From IMG/VR virus record IMGVR_UViG_3300045988_175656: DNA of 64,000 bases, one strand, 5' to 3'. The position numbers and the translations under genes were made by a program. How positions within the stretch are numbered: the stretch's first letter is position 1; each line of letters begins with the position of its first letter. Shown here piece after piece: positions 26,988 through 35,984 of this stretch. The notes beneath the pieces were generated by a model. The model had not been told where the DNA came from. It made no database searches and saw nothing but the letters and a program-made list of their open reading frames with translations. This DNA comes from a virus.

Positions 26988-27386
26988 TTAGTGTAATATT
27001 GTCATTTTGATTTTTTCATCAAATATCATTTTCTTATCAGACGGGTGTAATAATATATCAACTCTATGATTAAAACGCTTGTTCATTACATCTCTTACTT
27101 CATAAGTACCATAACCATGTATATGTACTTTCTTAGGCTTATCTTTAGGAAATAACCAAAGCAAATCACGAGAAATTGCACACCACTTTATTTTACCTTG
27201 TTTCAATTTATGTAAATCAATTTTACTGCCGTCAGCCGTAATTAATGGATTATCATCACATTGTTCTTTAACAGGTTGATAACAAGTAACTGTTACATGG
27301 GTAATAACATTTTTTGTATTTCTGTTTTCACCAAATGAAAAAATTGAACAAAAACAAAGTATTGTTAAAATAAATATACTTCTCAT
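26988..27386 (-). CDS. secreted 3D-domain (MltA/RlpA-like fold) cell-wall hydrolase
   Basis: N-terminal signal-like MRSIFILTILCFCSIFSF. VTCYQPVKEQCDDNPLITADGSKI...AISRDLL...GYGTYEVRDVMNKRFNHRVDIL matches the pattern of Bacteroidota 3D-domain proteins. Confidence 0.65.
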   Translation of the reverse strand: MRSIFILTILCFCSIFSFGENRNTKNVITHVTVTCYQPVKEQCDDNPLITADGSKIDLHKLKQGKIKWCAISRDLLWLFPKDKPKKVHIHGYGTYEVRDVMNKRFNHRVDILLHPSDKKMIFDEKIKMTILH

Positions 27387-27396
27387 ATAAACCTAA

Positions 27397-27747
27397 TTAA
27401 TCATTAATAATTCTTAAAAATTCTCTTAATCTTACTTTAAGATATTCTTCTAATTCTTCTTTGTCCGATATTTTTCCTGCAATTTCACTTGCAAAAAACT
27501 TAACCTGTTGAGATATTATTAAATCTTCTTTTGTCTGTGTATCATAATAACTTTTAAAATTAGATAAAAGATACATTCTTATTGGATGATATATAATATT
27601 TTTATTTTTAGGTGTTTTAGCAACAAGATAATAATCACCTTTTATCTTTTTAACAAAAGATTTAGTACCGTTGAAAATAACTTTTATTCCATTATCAACA
27701 TCCTTTTCAATATCTTCATAATTATTATATAATTTTTTTCTTACCAT
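27397..27747 (-). CDS. hypothetical protein (V.NG family paralog)
   Basis: N-terminal NYEDIEKDVDNGIKVIF is similar to 27759, 32999 and 32315. Confidence 0.65.
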   Translation of the reverse strand: MVRKKLYNNYEDIEKDVDNGIKVIFNGTKSFVKKIKGDYYLVAKTPKNKNIIYHPIRMYLLSNFKSYYDTQTKEDLIISQQVKFFASEIAGKISDKEELEEYLKVRLREFLRIIND

Positions 27748-27758
27748 AATATTTTACT

Positions 27759-27962
27759 TTAAAAATTTCTAATATAAGAATAAAAATCTTCTACATTACC
27801 CAATTCGATTTTTCCACCACTATAATGTGGATTGGAAACAATAGCTATGATATATAAATCATTTAACTTAGAAACAAAATAGCGGTCATTCATCCAACAT
27901 ACTCTAATGCCATTTTCAACATCTTGTTTAATTTCTTCAAAACTACTATATTTCTTTTCCAT
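27759..27962 (-). CDS. hypothetical protein (V.NG family paralog)
   Basis: SFEEIKQDVENGIRVCW. Confidence 0.6.
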   Translation of the reverse strand: MEKKYSSFEEIKQDVENGIRVCWMNDRYFVSKLNDLYIIAIVSNPHYSGGKIELGNVEDFYSYIRNF

Positions 27963-27963
27963 A

Positions 27964-28224
27964 TTAATTAATTTTATTTAATGGTGATTCTTTAAGCCTT
28001 GTTAAATTAAAGCCTATCATATTTCCACAAGAGGGACATTTAAAACCATAATCAGTAGAAATCATTCTACCATTATAAGAACAAGTACAACAATAAGGTT
28101 TCCAATCATCATACCATGTGCCACCTTTTGCTTCTTTTAATCTTTTTAACTTTTCTTCATCAGATAGATTAATGTTCTCTTGAACAGTTTCCATTTGATT
28201 GTATAATTCTTCTGATACTACCAT
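27964..28224 (-). CDS. Zn-ribbon mini-protein
   Basis: The track N-terminus is encoded by the promoter (TATCTTTG at 28237-28244 in minus sense). First ATG after it is MVVSEELYNQ at 28224. Cysteines: CCTC...CPSC. Confidence 0.55.
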   Translation of the reverse strand: MVVSEELYNQMETVQENINLSDEEKLKRLKEAKGGTWYDDWKPYCCTCSYNGRMISTDYGFKCPSCGNMIGFNLTRLKESPLNKIN

Positions 28225-28296
28225 GTTACTCTTATTTTTGTATGACAAAGATACACCAATTATTCCAATTTTCATAATATTTTGTGTTAAAGTATA

Positions 28297-28503
28297 TTAA
28301 ACACAATCACTACAATAAAATTCGTCTGTATCTTCATCATATTCGCTAACAGAATTGTGGATATAATTACCACAGTTTCGACACATTTCAAATTCATCTT
28401 CACTGTATTCTTCACCACAGCAATTCAACATAAGACAATCATTTTCATTGTTATACTGTCTTTCCATTACTTCACCACAAATAGGACAAATGTATTCTTC
28501 CAT
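28297..28503 (-). CDS. Zn-ribbon mini-protein
   Basis: CPICGE...CRNCGN...CSDC. Confidence 0.6.
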   Translation of the reverse strand: MEEYICPICGEVMERQYNNENDCLMLNCCGEEYSEDEFEMCRNCGNYIHNSVSEYDEDTDEFYCSDCV

Positions 28504-28516
28504 ATTATTTAACTTT

Positions 28517-28771
28517 TTATATCAATTTCCAAATAATAAACATATTTAACGCATCCTTATATTTACAAGGTAATTTTACTCTGTTACCATCCTTAGAAAT
28601 AAGATTGGACGGATTATAACCATAAAACAGTATTTTTGTTTTTCTATGTTCTTTATATTGTTCTTTCCATGTTTTAGGCTTAAAATGCTTGAATGTGTCT
28701 CTATTTATAATCCAATAGTCTAAATGACTTATTCTACATATAGCCTTTCTTGTTCTTGAATATTTACTCAT
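28517..28771 (-). CDS. hypothetical basic protein
   Basis: ORF track. Confidence 0.6.
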   Translation of the reverse strand: MSKYSRTRKAICRISHLDYWIINRDTFKHFKPKTWKEQYKEHRKTKILFYGYNPSNLISKDGNRVKLPCKYKDALNMFIIWKLI

Positions 28772-28881
28772 AACTGTTTATTTATTGATTAATATTTCCT
28801 TTTTCTTATGATACAAAGATAAGAAATAATATTTAGCTTACCAAATGTTTTGTGTTAATAAAATATAAACACATTAATATA

Positions 28882-28966
28882 AAAAATGGTGTTAACTATC
28901 TTCACAGACTGTTAACACCCGATATGTTTAATTTAAAATCCAATTTTGTATCGTATATTCATTATT
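28882..28966 (-). ncRNA. candidate orphan sRNA (promoter to terminator, no ORF)
   Basis: Minus sense has a promoter TTTG-20nt-TATCTTTG (-7 box at 28973-28980). About 50 nt follow with only a 9-codon ORF. Then comes a 9-bp hairpin GGTGTTAAC/GTTAACACC (28888-28919) plus a T6 run. Confidence 0.4.
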
Positions 28967-29009
28967 ACACTACAAAGATAATACTTTTATTTTAATCCAC
29001 CAAATTATT

Positions 29010-29327
29010 TTAGTTAATTATTTCTAATCTATATGCTTTCCCCTTATTATGTTTTTCTTCAATATCAATACCATACGGAAAACAAACAAAAAGCATTTTG
29101 TAATTTGGATATATCATTGTAAACTCTTTTTTTTCAAAGTCATACCAACCCCAATATTCTTGCTCATTTCTATTAGGTGGAGATTGATTTTCAGAAATAC
29201 ACATCTTTACTTCCAATACATCTTCTGCCTTATTTCCCCATATATGCGCATGGTCTTTGTGAATACCAAAGTGAGTGTAATAATCTCCATAGTCACATTT
29301 GACACAAGTTTCAATAAATGTTTCCAT
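29010..29327 (-). CDS. hypothetical protein
   Basis: ORF track; 29049..29339(+) is a shadow. Confidence 0.65.
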   Translation of the reverse strand: METFIETCVKCDYGDYYTHFGIHKDHAHIWGNKAEDVLEVKMCISENQSPPNRNEQEYWGWYDFEKKEFTMIYPNYKMLFVCFPYGIDIEEKHNKGKAYRLEIIN

Positions 29328-29328
29328 A

Positions 29329-29526
29329 CTAAAATATGAATAGTTTAATACGAATTTTTAATACATTCCAATAGTATTGAAAACGGTTATCACAATATAT
29401 GTAAATTTCATCATTGTTTGGATGTTTCTCTCTGTTAAGATATATGGTTATTTCGTAATCTTCATTATCGAAATATACATCTATAATATCATGTTTGAAA
29501 ATACCACGCTTGCCAATCTTAATCAT
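29329..29526 (-). CDS. hypothetical protein
   Basis: ORF track. Confidence 0.55.
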   Translation of the reverse strand: MIKIGKRGIFKHDIIDVYFDNEDYEITIYLNREKHPNNDEIYIYCDNRFQYYWNVLKIRIKLFIF

Positions 29527-29573
29527 ATTGTTTAATTTTTTATTAATACAAAGATATAAAATAAATTCAAATC

Positions 29574-30011
29574 CTACAAATTTTCTCGCTCTTTTTTCAA
29601 ATCTTCAAGATTTTTTAACATATTTTTATATTCTTCTTTATCAAAGAAATCGGGGCTATATGAAGCAAAAGTATTTTCCAAATCTTTTATTTCTTCATTA
29701 AGTGATTCATCAGTAATACTCAATTTAACACCCTCATAACATTCTTTAAATGCTTCAATAATGACATTTCTAATTTCAACAGTTTTATATTCTTCAAAGT
29801 TTAATTCCTTTAATAAAAAATCAAAAGTAAAAGTACAAATTACTTTGTTCCCCTCATAATCCATAATAGTAATATCAGTGTAATCAACAGTACTACTATA
29901 TTGTAAAATTTTATATTTATAGTAGTAAAAACTATTGTTAAGAGATGAATCACTCTTTGTTATCTTATTAATCAATCTTTTAAGTGCCCGATATTTCTTA
30001 TTCTGTTTCAT
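29574..30011 (-). CDS. hypothetical protein
   Basis: ORF track. Confidence 0.65.
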   Translation of the reverse strand: MKQNKKYRALKRLINKITKSDSSLNNSFYYYKYKILQYSSTVDYTDITIMDYEGNKVICTFTFDFLLKELNFEEYKTVEIRNVIIEAFKECYEGVKLSITDESLNEEIKDLENTFASYSPDFFDKEEYKNMLKNLEDLKKERENL

Positions 30012-30090
30012 AACTTATATATGTTTTTAATTACTGATACAAAGATATGGATTAATATTCATATACACAAATTATTTGTATTAAAAAGTA

Positions 30091-30465
30091 TTAATAGAAA
30101 AATTTTTCAAGGTCTTTAACTCTAATCATAAAAATTGTATCTTCATCACTACCAATATAACCAATAAGAGTTTTCATTAAAATTTCTTCATCATCAAAAA
30201 TGTTTCCAATAATAAGACCATTATTTGAAAAGTTCTTAGTAGCATAATTTAACAAAACGTCATTATAAGAAACATCTGTTAAAATATTATAATTATCTAA
30301 ACCTTTTTTAATGGAAACATAAAGCAATCTGTTAAAATTGTTAGACATTACAAAATTACCTCTGAAAATATAATCTAACTTCTTTATGTTAGAACATAAT
30401 TCTTTTAAAGAAATGATTACATAACCATCTAATTTAAAGTGTTCTTTTACTTCATCTATATTCAT
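30091..30465 (-). CDS. hypothetical protein
   Basis: ORF track. Confidence 0.65.
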   Translation of the reverse strand: MNIDEVKEHFKLDGYVIISLKELCSNIKKLDYIFRGNFVMSNNFNRLLYVSIKKGLDNYNILTDVSYNDVLLNYATKNFSNNGLIIGNIFDDEEILMKTLIGYIGSDEDTIFMIRVKDLEKFFY

Positions 30466-30494
30466 AATTTTAATTCTTTTAATATTATATAATT

Positions 30495-30587
30495 TTAATA
30501 AATTAAAAGAAGTATCTTATAAAATATAGCTAATAGAATAGCCATTACTAAATAAGGTAACGCATCATTTATAATTTTTCTTAACAT
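30495..30587 (-). CDS. possible 30-aa hydrophobic peptide
   Basis: Unlisted ORF MLRKIINDALPYLVMAILLAIFYKILLLIY in the gap between 30465 and 30607. It has a single predicted TM helix. Confidence 0.25.
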   Translation of the reverse strand: MLRKIINDALPYLVMAILLAIFYKILLLIY

Positions 30588-30606
30588 ATTTATTTCTTAA
30601 TTAATA

Positions 30607-30846
30607 TTAAAAATCATCTACAATTTCTGCACTAAGACATCCAATCATTATTTCATCATTGTAAGTGGTGAATTGTTTTACAAATTTAATTACATGAATA
30701 TTATCAAAATAATCATTAATGTATTCCACCTTATCAATATCATTTGTTAATGACATTAACATATTATATGCAAATGATGATAATGTGAAATGACAAAGAC
30801 CACTATCCAATGTGATAATTTCTATACAATATATCTTTTTATCCAT
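30607..30846 (-). CDS. hypothetical protein
   Basis: ORF track. Confidence 0.6.
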   Translation of the reverse strand: MDKKIYCIEIITLDSGLCHFTLSSFAYNMLMSLTNDIDKVEYINDYFDNIHVIKFVKQFTTYNDEIMIGCLSAEIVDDF

Positions 30847-31174
30847 GTGATTGAAAATTATTTGCTTTAAGTAAAGGGAAAATTACTTGTCTGTAAATTG
30901 CATTGTAAATCTTTATTTGATAATCAAAGCTATAATCATTGATATAACGCATAATACCACTTTCTGTACTAAGAGAAACCTCGCAATCAAAAATGTTATA
31001 TTCTACTTTATATTCACGACCATTTAAAATAATATAACAACCAATCACCTCTATTTCACCACAACAATAGTTACGAAATACTGTGTTACTACCTTTCACT
31101 ATTTTAACACTCTCCCATGAATTACTAATAAACTCTAAAAGAGTACCTATCAAATGATTATAATCTATACGCAT
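30839..31174 (-). CDS. hypothetical protein
   Basis: ORF track. Confidence 0.65.
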   Translation of the reverse strand: MRIDYNHLIGTLLEFISNSWESVKIVKGSNTVFRNYCCGEIEVIGCYIILNGREYKVEYNIFDCEVSLSTESGIMRYINDYSFDYQIKIYNAIYRQVIFPLLKANNFQSHG

Positions 31175-31212
31175 GATATTATTTAATTTTTATATGTATT
31201 AAAAATATGTAA

Positions 31213-31227
31213 TACTCATTTGAGTAC
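31213..31227 (-). promoter_or_regulatory. GTACTCAWWTGAGTA hairpin/palindrome, copy c
   Basis: Minus sense reads GTACTCAAATGAGTA. It starts 3 nt after the TGA of 31231..31680 and lies 41 nt before the ATG at 31174. Confidence 0.55.
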
Positions 31228-31230
31228 ATA

Positions 31231-31680
31231 TCAAAACTTAATATGCTTCACCTCATATCTCTTTTGAAAATCCTTACATTCAGATATTACATCTTTGAAA
31301 ATATCCATTAATTCAGATAATTCAGTATTGTAATCATACCAAGAATATATATTCAAATCCTCCGTCTTACTTCTTCCCTTAAAACGCATAACACCACTTA
31401 ATTTCATCTTAAATGAATAAGAAATGTTATTGTCCTTATCTATATTCTTTGAAAGAAAAATATGCAGACCACTACAAATACATTGCCAATCCCGATAAAC
31501 AAGGAAAAATGGAACGTAAGACAACATATAGCCTAATGTAGAAGTAACCTTTTCACCCTTATGTGTATTATAACTCTTATAAGGATAAAGATAGATACTA
31601 TCAAAAACCTCTTTGATTAAAGACATTTCTTTATCAGTAAAATCAACTGTGCCAACTGCTATAAAATCACCATTTCTCAT
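31231..31680 (-). CDS. hypothetical protein
   Basis: ORF track. Confidence 0.65.
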   Translation of the reverse strand: MRNGDFIAVGTVDFTDKEMSLIKEVFDSIYLYPYKSYNTHKGEKVTSTLGYMLSYVPFFLVYRDWQCICSGLHIFLSKNIDKDNNISYSFKMKLSGVMRFKGRSKTEDLNIYSWYDYNTELSELMDIFKDVISECKDFQKRYEVKHIKF

Positions 31681-31789
31681 AACTTGTTATTTTTAATTCA
31701 TTATTATATACTATTAGTTTATTATCACAATGCAAAGATAACACATTTCAATATACAAACCAAATAATTTGAGTTAATTAATATTAATA

Positions 31790-31804
31790 TACTCATTTGA
31801 GTAC
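31790..31804 (-). promoter_or_regulatory. GTACTCAWWTGAGTA hairpin/palindrome, copy d
   Basis: Minus sense reads GTACTCAAATGAGTA, just after the stop of 31819..32232 and just upstream of a standard promoter. Confidence 0.55.
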
Positions 31805-31818
31805 ACTATCTCAAACAA

Positions 31819-32232
31819 TTATATATCACATATTTGTATCTCTGTCTCAAATAACCTTAAACGTTCAGACGTTAAAAGAAGTAAATCTTTAATATCGTTC
31901 GTTTGAGAAGAATAACTAATCTTAATATTACTATTAATAAACTCAATTACATAATAATAATAAAAATCGTTAATATCTAATCTGTTTACCCTCTTTGATA
32001 AACGAACAATCATATCATTAAAAAACATCTCAACATTATTAGTAAAATGCACAGGAATTTTAAAATGATATAAAAATTCTAAATCGTTATTAATATAACG
32101 AACATAAGGCTTCATATCCCTAAACTTTATATGTTTAAGAATATCCTTAATACAAGAAACATAACAATCATTAAATTTCTCTAATTCATCACAAATTGGG
32201 GCAGAATTGAAATCATAACAAACATAAACCAT
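31819..32232 (-). CDS. hypothetical protein
   Basis: ORF track. Confidence 0.65.
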   Translation of the reverse strand: MVYVCYDFNSAPICDELEKFNDCYVSCIKDILKHIKFRDMKPYVRYINNDLEFLYHFKIPVHFTNNVEMFFNDMIVRLSKRVNRLDINDFYYYYVIEFINSNIKISYSSQTNDIKDLLLLTSERLRLFETEIQICDI

Positions 32233-32290
32233 ATATTTTAAATTAATAAATAAACTACTCTGCTAATAATAAGCAAATATACAAATTTAT

Positions 32291-32306
32291 GTACTCATTT
32301 GAGTAC
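32291..32306 (-). promoter_or_regulatory. GTACTCAWWTGAGTAC hairpin/palindrome, copy e
   Basis: Minus sense reads GTACTCAAATGAGTAC. It is directly followed by overlapping TAAATTTG and TATATTTG -7 boxes, so it occupies the -33 position. Confidence 0.6.
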
Positions 32307-32314
32307 ATATTATG

Positions 32315-32920
32315 TTAAATAATGCTATATCTAAACACACAACCATAATTTAAACCATTTTCAATATTATTAAAATCATTTAAGAATTGCTTCTTTATAT
32401 CCTCACCATTAGTAATAGGATAAACCAATTCACCAAATGTTTTAATAAATTTATTGAATATTTCACATATATTAATATAAGATTGAGTTATGTTTTCTCT
32501 ATACCTTAATGTAGGTATAACCCTATAACCGCAATCTTTACCATTTTCGTAAACTTTATTTACAATGTAAGTGTAATGTTCAAACGTACCATAATACATA
32601 CGATAAGGAATATTTACTTTCGTTTCAAGATGAAAATGTAACTCCACATAATCACAAGGAGTTGTAAATACACCTTTTTCATACATAGACGTTATACCCT
32701 CATAAGTAATAAGGTCAGAACCTTTTACTCCCTCAAAACTATTATCACAATGCCATAAGTGATAAACATCCCTTACATTATCATAAATCATAAGTTCATT
32801 AAACAAATTGCTATCTGCTTTAATTCCACAACCATTAACATTATAATACACAACTTTACCTCTGTTAACAAAGTCCTTGAACTCATTAACAGTATTTAAC
32901 TTTTTTAAATTCATATACAA
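32315..32920 (-). CDS. hypothetical protein (V.NG family, long form)
   Basis: N-terminal TVNEFKDFVNRGKVVYY. Confidence 0.7.
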   Translation of the reverse strand: MYMNLKKLNTVNEFKDFVNRGKVVYYNVNGCGIKADSNLFNELMIYDNVRDVYHLWHCDNSFEGVKGSDLITYEGITSMYEKGVFTTPCDYVELHFHLETKVNIPYRMYYGTFEHYTYIVNKVYENGKDCGYRVIPTLRYRENITQSYINICEIFNKFIKTFGELVYPITNGEDIKKQFLNDFNNIENGLNYGCVFRYSII

Positions 32921-32998
32921 TAATTTACTGTTCTTAACATAAAATGTTAAGAAATATTAAAATACACCACACCCTATAAAAAGAGTGTAGCGTACATT

Positions 32999-33241
32999 TT
33001 ATTTAACAAAATATTCATCTAAGTTAAATTCGGGTGAATAGACTATTCTGTTATGATAGTCGTAAATAAGCGTATTTAAACGCAAATTTGTACCCGTACA
33101 ATAAATGTAGTATCTATCACAAAATTTGTCTGTATTGTCAAATTTGACAATGTAATCACTGTCAGACCAATAAACAGTTTTACCATTTTTAACACTTTCA
33201 CAAAATTCTTTTACACTTTTAAACTTACTAATTTTCTCCAT
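32999..33241 (-). CDS. hypothetical protein (V.NG family paralog)
   Basis: SVKEFCESVKNGKTVYW; promoter with a 20-nt spacer at about 33262-33310. Confidence 0.6.
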   Translation of the reverse strand: MEKISKFKSVKEFCESVKNGKTVYWSDSDYIVKFDNTDKFCDRYYIYCTGTNLRLNTLIYDYHNRIVYSPEFNLDEYFVK

Positions 33242-33310
33242 ATAGTTATACTTTTTATTATCTCAAACAAAGGTAAGAACTTAATTCCATATATACAAAT
33301 TATTTGAGTT

Positions 33311-34088
33311 AAATTATGTAAAAATTTAGATAAAGTACTGATTATTAAGCAAGTACAGTAATAAATATAAAATACCTCGTTTTAAAGCCTTATTTTGATA
33401 GATAAACCGTTTTAATACAGAGTATTAGATGATAGGGTGAAATGGTCTGAAAACGGCTTAAAATAGCCTTATTTGGCGTGTGAAGTGATTGAGTAGTAAG
33501 GAGTTTAGAAAATGAATGAAAAGTAGTAATATAATATAACTTAAAAACAAATATATTAAGAGAGATTAATTGGGATTAATATAAATTAAGAAGAAAGAGG
33601 GGATAAGGCTTAAATAAACTAAAATATAGCTTAAATTGATAGGAATTAACAAAAACAAGTAAAAACAAACTGTGTGCTGTGTAAATTTTAACAATTTTTT
33701 AGAAAATTTTGAAATTAGTTAAAATATTTTAACATTAATATTAATTAACTAAAATTATTTGCAAATATTAAATTGTCATTTTGTCAGTAAAATATAATAA
33801 AAGTTAATCATTTAGTTATCTTAACTGAAAATATTTGGTAAATAATTATCATCTAATATTTTAAAAATACCCATAGAGAAAATTTAAAATTATGTTAAAA
33901 TTGCTATATAGAGTTAGCAATTTACATATTTTATATCATATATCATATTATTAGTAAAAATGTTAATAATGATTACAAAATGATATTTTTAAATTTATTT
34001 AAGTAAAAAATTTTGGTCATTAATATTTGTTAAATTTAAGTTTATTTAACAAATGGAAAGGTTCATTAACAATTTTAGTTTTTATATA
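33311..34088. other. ORF-free region of about 0.78 kb with short direct repeats and an extreme-AT half
   Basis: No ORF of 60 aa or more in any frame. The plus strand is purine-rich at 33340-33660, with repeated GCCTTATTT, (G/A)GCTTAAA and TGATAG(A/G) words. 33660-34085 is almost pure A/T. Confidence 0.7.
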
Positions 34089-34140
34089 TTGGAGACTATA
34101 CTTTAGAATATTACTCCTACCTCTTTATCTCTTTTTGTAT
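34089..34140 (-). ncRNA. UAUAGUCUCC-element, copy 1
   Basis: Promoter TTTG(34176-34173)-20nt-TATCTTTG(34152-34145). RNA sense reads ...GGU-AGGA-GUAAUA-UUCU-AAAGUAUAGUCUCCAA. No ORF. Confidence 0.6.
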
Positions 34141-34185
34141 AGTACAAAGATAGGGAAATTTTCGTTCCCTACCAAATTATTTTAG

Positions 34186-34407
34186 TTAATAAATGTCAAA
34201 TTTATACCCTAATTTATCTGCAAGTTTCTTTATATATTTTGCTGTTGGGTGCGGTGGATAATAGCCATGTACGGGTGTGACTGTTTTATTATGTTCATTT
34301 ACTAAACAAACTGAATAACCGCTATAATCTTCCATGAAATAACAATCTATCACATCATTTCCTTTGTATGAATATTCACTTCCTTTCACTTTTTTCAATG
34401 CTGCCAT
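34186..34407 (-). CDS. hypothetical protein
   Basis: ORF track. Confidence 0.6.
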   Translation of the reverse strand: MAALKKVKGSEYSYKGNDVIDCYFMEDYSGYSVCLVNEHNKTVTPVHGYYPPHPTAKYIKKLADKLGYKFDIY

Positions 34408-34503
34408 AATTTATTTAATTTTTAATTGTTAGTATTCTTATTTTGATATATACAAAGGTAGGTATTTTCCCGATACCTACCAAATATTTTGAGTTAATAA
34501 AAG

Positions 34504-34809
34504 TTAATCTTCTTTGTTAAATTCTTCACTATCGTATATATCACCACATATAGACCACAATACCCAAACGGATAATTCTTCTTTATTCCATTTTTGTAGC
34601 TCTGTTTTCTCATGGCAACCATATTCAAGAATGTGGTTAATTAGTCTTTCTTTTGGTATTTTATCAAATTGCTTTTTGATTTCGGGTATTTCTATCCACC
34701 TTTGACAATCTTCTTCACAATCTCCACTATGGCAGCAATTTTCTACACATTCTCTACTTAGTTCAATTTCAAAGCTGTTATCTACATAGCCATAAAATAA
34801 ATTTTCCAT
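34504..34809 (-). CDS. hypothetical Cys-rich protein (paralog of 35435..35734)
   Basis: IELSRECVENCC...WIEIPEIKKQF parallels VELPFECIKECG...WMKNEKVLKQF. Confidence 0.65.
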   Translation of the reverse strand: MENLFYGYVDNSFEIELSRECVENCCHSGDCEEDCQRWIEIPEIKKQFDKIPKERLINHILEYGCHEKTELQKWNKEELSVWVLWSICGDIYDSEEFNKED

Positions 34810-34911
34810 ATCTGTTATTTTTAATTGTTAGTACTTTAATTTTGATACAACAAAGGTAAATAAAAAAGGTGAACTATGCAAATAATTCACCTTATATTTT
34901 CTTCCTTTTAA

Positions 34912-35355
34912 CTATTTTTTAATAATCTCGTATCTATCTTTGTCCCACCTACTATTAAACCATTCATCCGCATTTTTATACAGACGTAAAGTATCAACGT
35001 TTAAGTTTCTATTAACGCATAATAGTTGGTGAATTGACTTGATAGATAAAAATTTCTTAATCATATCAACTGTTAGTGTATAATCGTCTCTATCAAGCAA
35101 ACAACACCCCGAACCGTTATTTTTTGTTGGAACATATTCAAAGCTACAACTCCATGAATAAAAGTCGTTTCTACCAATATAAAGTATTGTAGTTCCGTCT
35201 GTTACAAAAAACCACATACGATGATACATAGTATTAACTACACTTTCTTTTTCTTCTTCGGTTAATACCTTATGGAAATAAACAGTTAAACCTTCATCTA
35301 CACATTGATTTAAAAGGTTTACCAATTCTTTTTTAAATTCTTCTTTCATGCTCAT
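34912..35355 (-). CDS. hypothetical protein
   Basis: ORF track. Confidence 0.7.
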   Translation of the reverse strand: MSMKEEFKKELVNLLNQCVDEGLTVYFHKVLTEEEKESVVNTMYHRMWFFVTDGTTILYIGRNDFYSWSCSFEYVPTKNNGSGCCLLDRDDYTLTVDMIKKFLSIKSIHQLLCVNRNLNVDTLRLYKNADEWFNSRWDKDRYEIIKK

Positions 35356-35434
35356 AACTTATATTCTTTAATTGTTTATGCAAATGTAGGTATTTAATCA
35401 ATATGAACCAAATTATTTTAGTTAATAAATGTTG

Positions 35435-35734
35435 TTATATATCAGCCAATTCATCACTTACTTTAATACAACATTCGTACAATGCCCATTGAATTAATTC
35501 TCTACGTCCTAATTTTTTAACTTCTTCAAAAGATAATTCACATGGCATATCATAAACAAAAGTAGCTAATGTTTCATCTTTAATGAATTGAAATTGTTTC
35601 AATACCTTTTCATTCTTCATCCATTTTTCAACATTATCAGAATTAAATTCAATAGTACCACATTCCTTAATACATTCAAAAGGAAGTTCTACAAATATAC
35701 TATCATCTATACCAACTTTAATTAATACTTTCAT
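35435..35734 (-). CDS. hypothetical protein (paralog of 34504..34809)
   Basis: Start trimmed to MKVLIKVG (ATG 35734), which lies downstream of the TACCTTTG box encoded within the track N-terminus. Confidence 0.6.
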   Translation of the reverse strand: MKVLIKVGIDDSIFVELPFECIKECGTIEFNSDNVEKWMKNEKVLKQFQFIKDETLATFVYDMPCELSFEEVKKLGRRELIQWALYECCIKVSDELADI

Positions 35735-35868
35735 ATTGTTTAATTTATTATTAATTTTACTATTGCAAAGGTATAAATTAGTTTTCATATATGCAAATAT
35801 AACATGAATTATTTATGTTAATAGTTCTTAATTTATTTATATTTTTTAACTAAAAATTATTATATCTA

Positions 35869-35916
35869 TTGGAGACTATACTTTATATTGTTACATATAC
35901 CTCTTTGTTTTTCTTA
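35869..35916 (-). ncRNA. UAUAGUCUCC-element, copy 2
   Basis: Promoter TTTG(35953-35950)-20nt-TATCTTTG(35929-35922). RNA reads GG-UAUAU-GUAACA-AUAUA-AAGUAUAGUCUCCAA. Confidence 0.6.
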
Positions 35917-35984
35917 TAGTACAAAGATAAGAAAAAGGTATGACACTACCAAATAATATCATACCTTTAACATTATATTAACAT

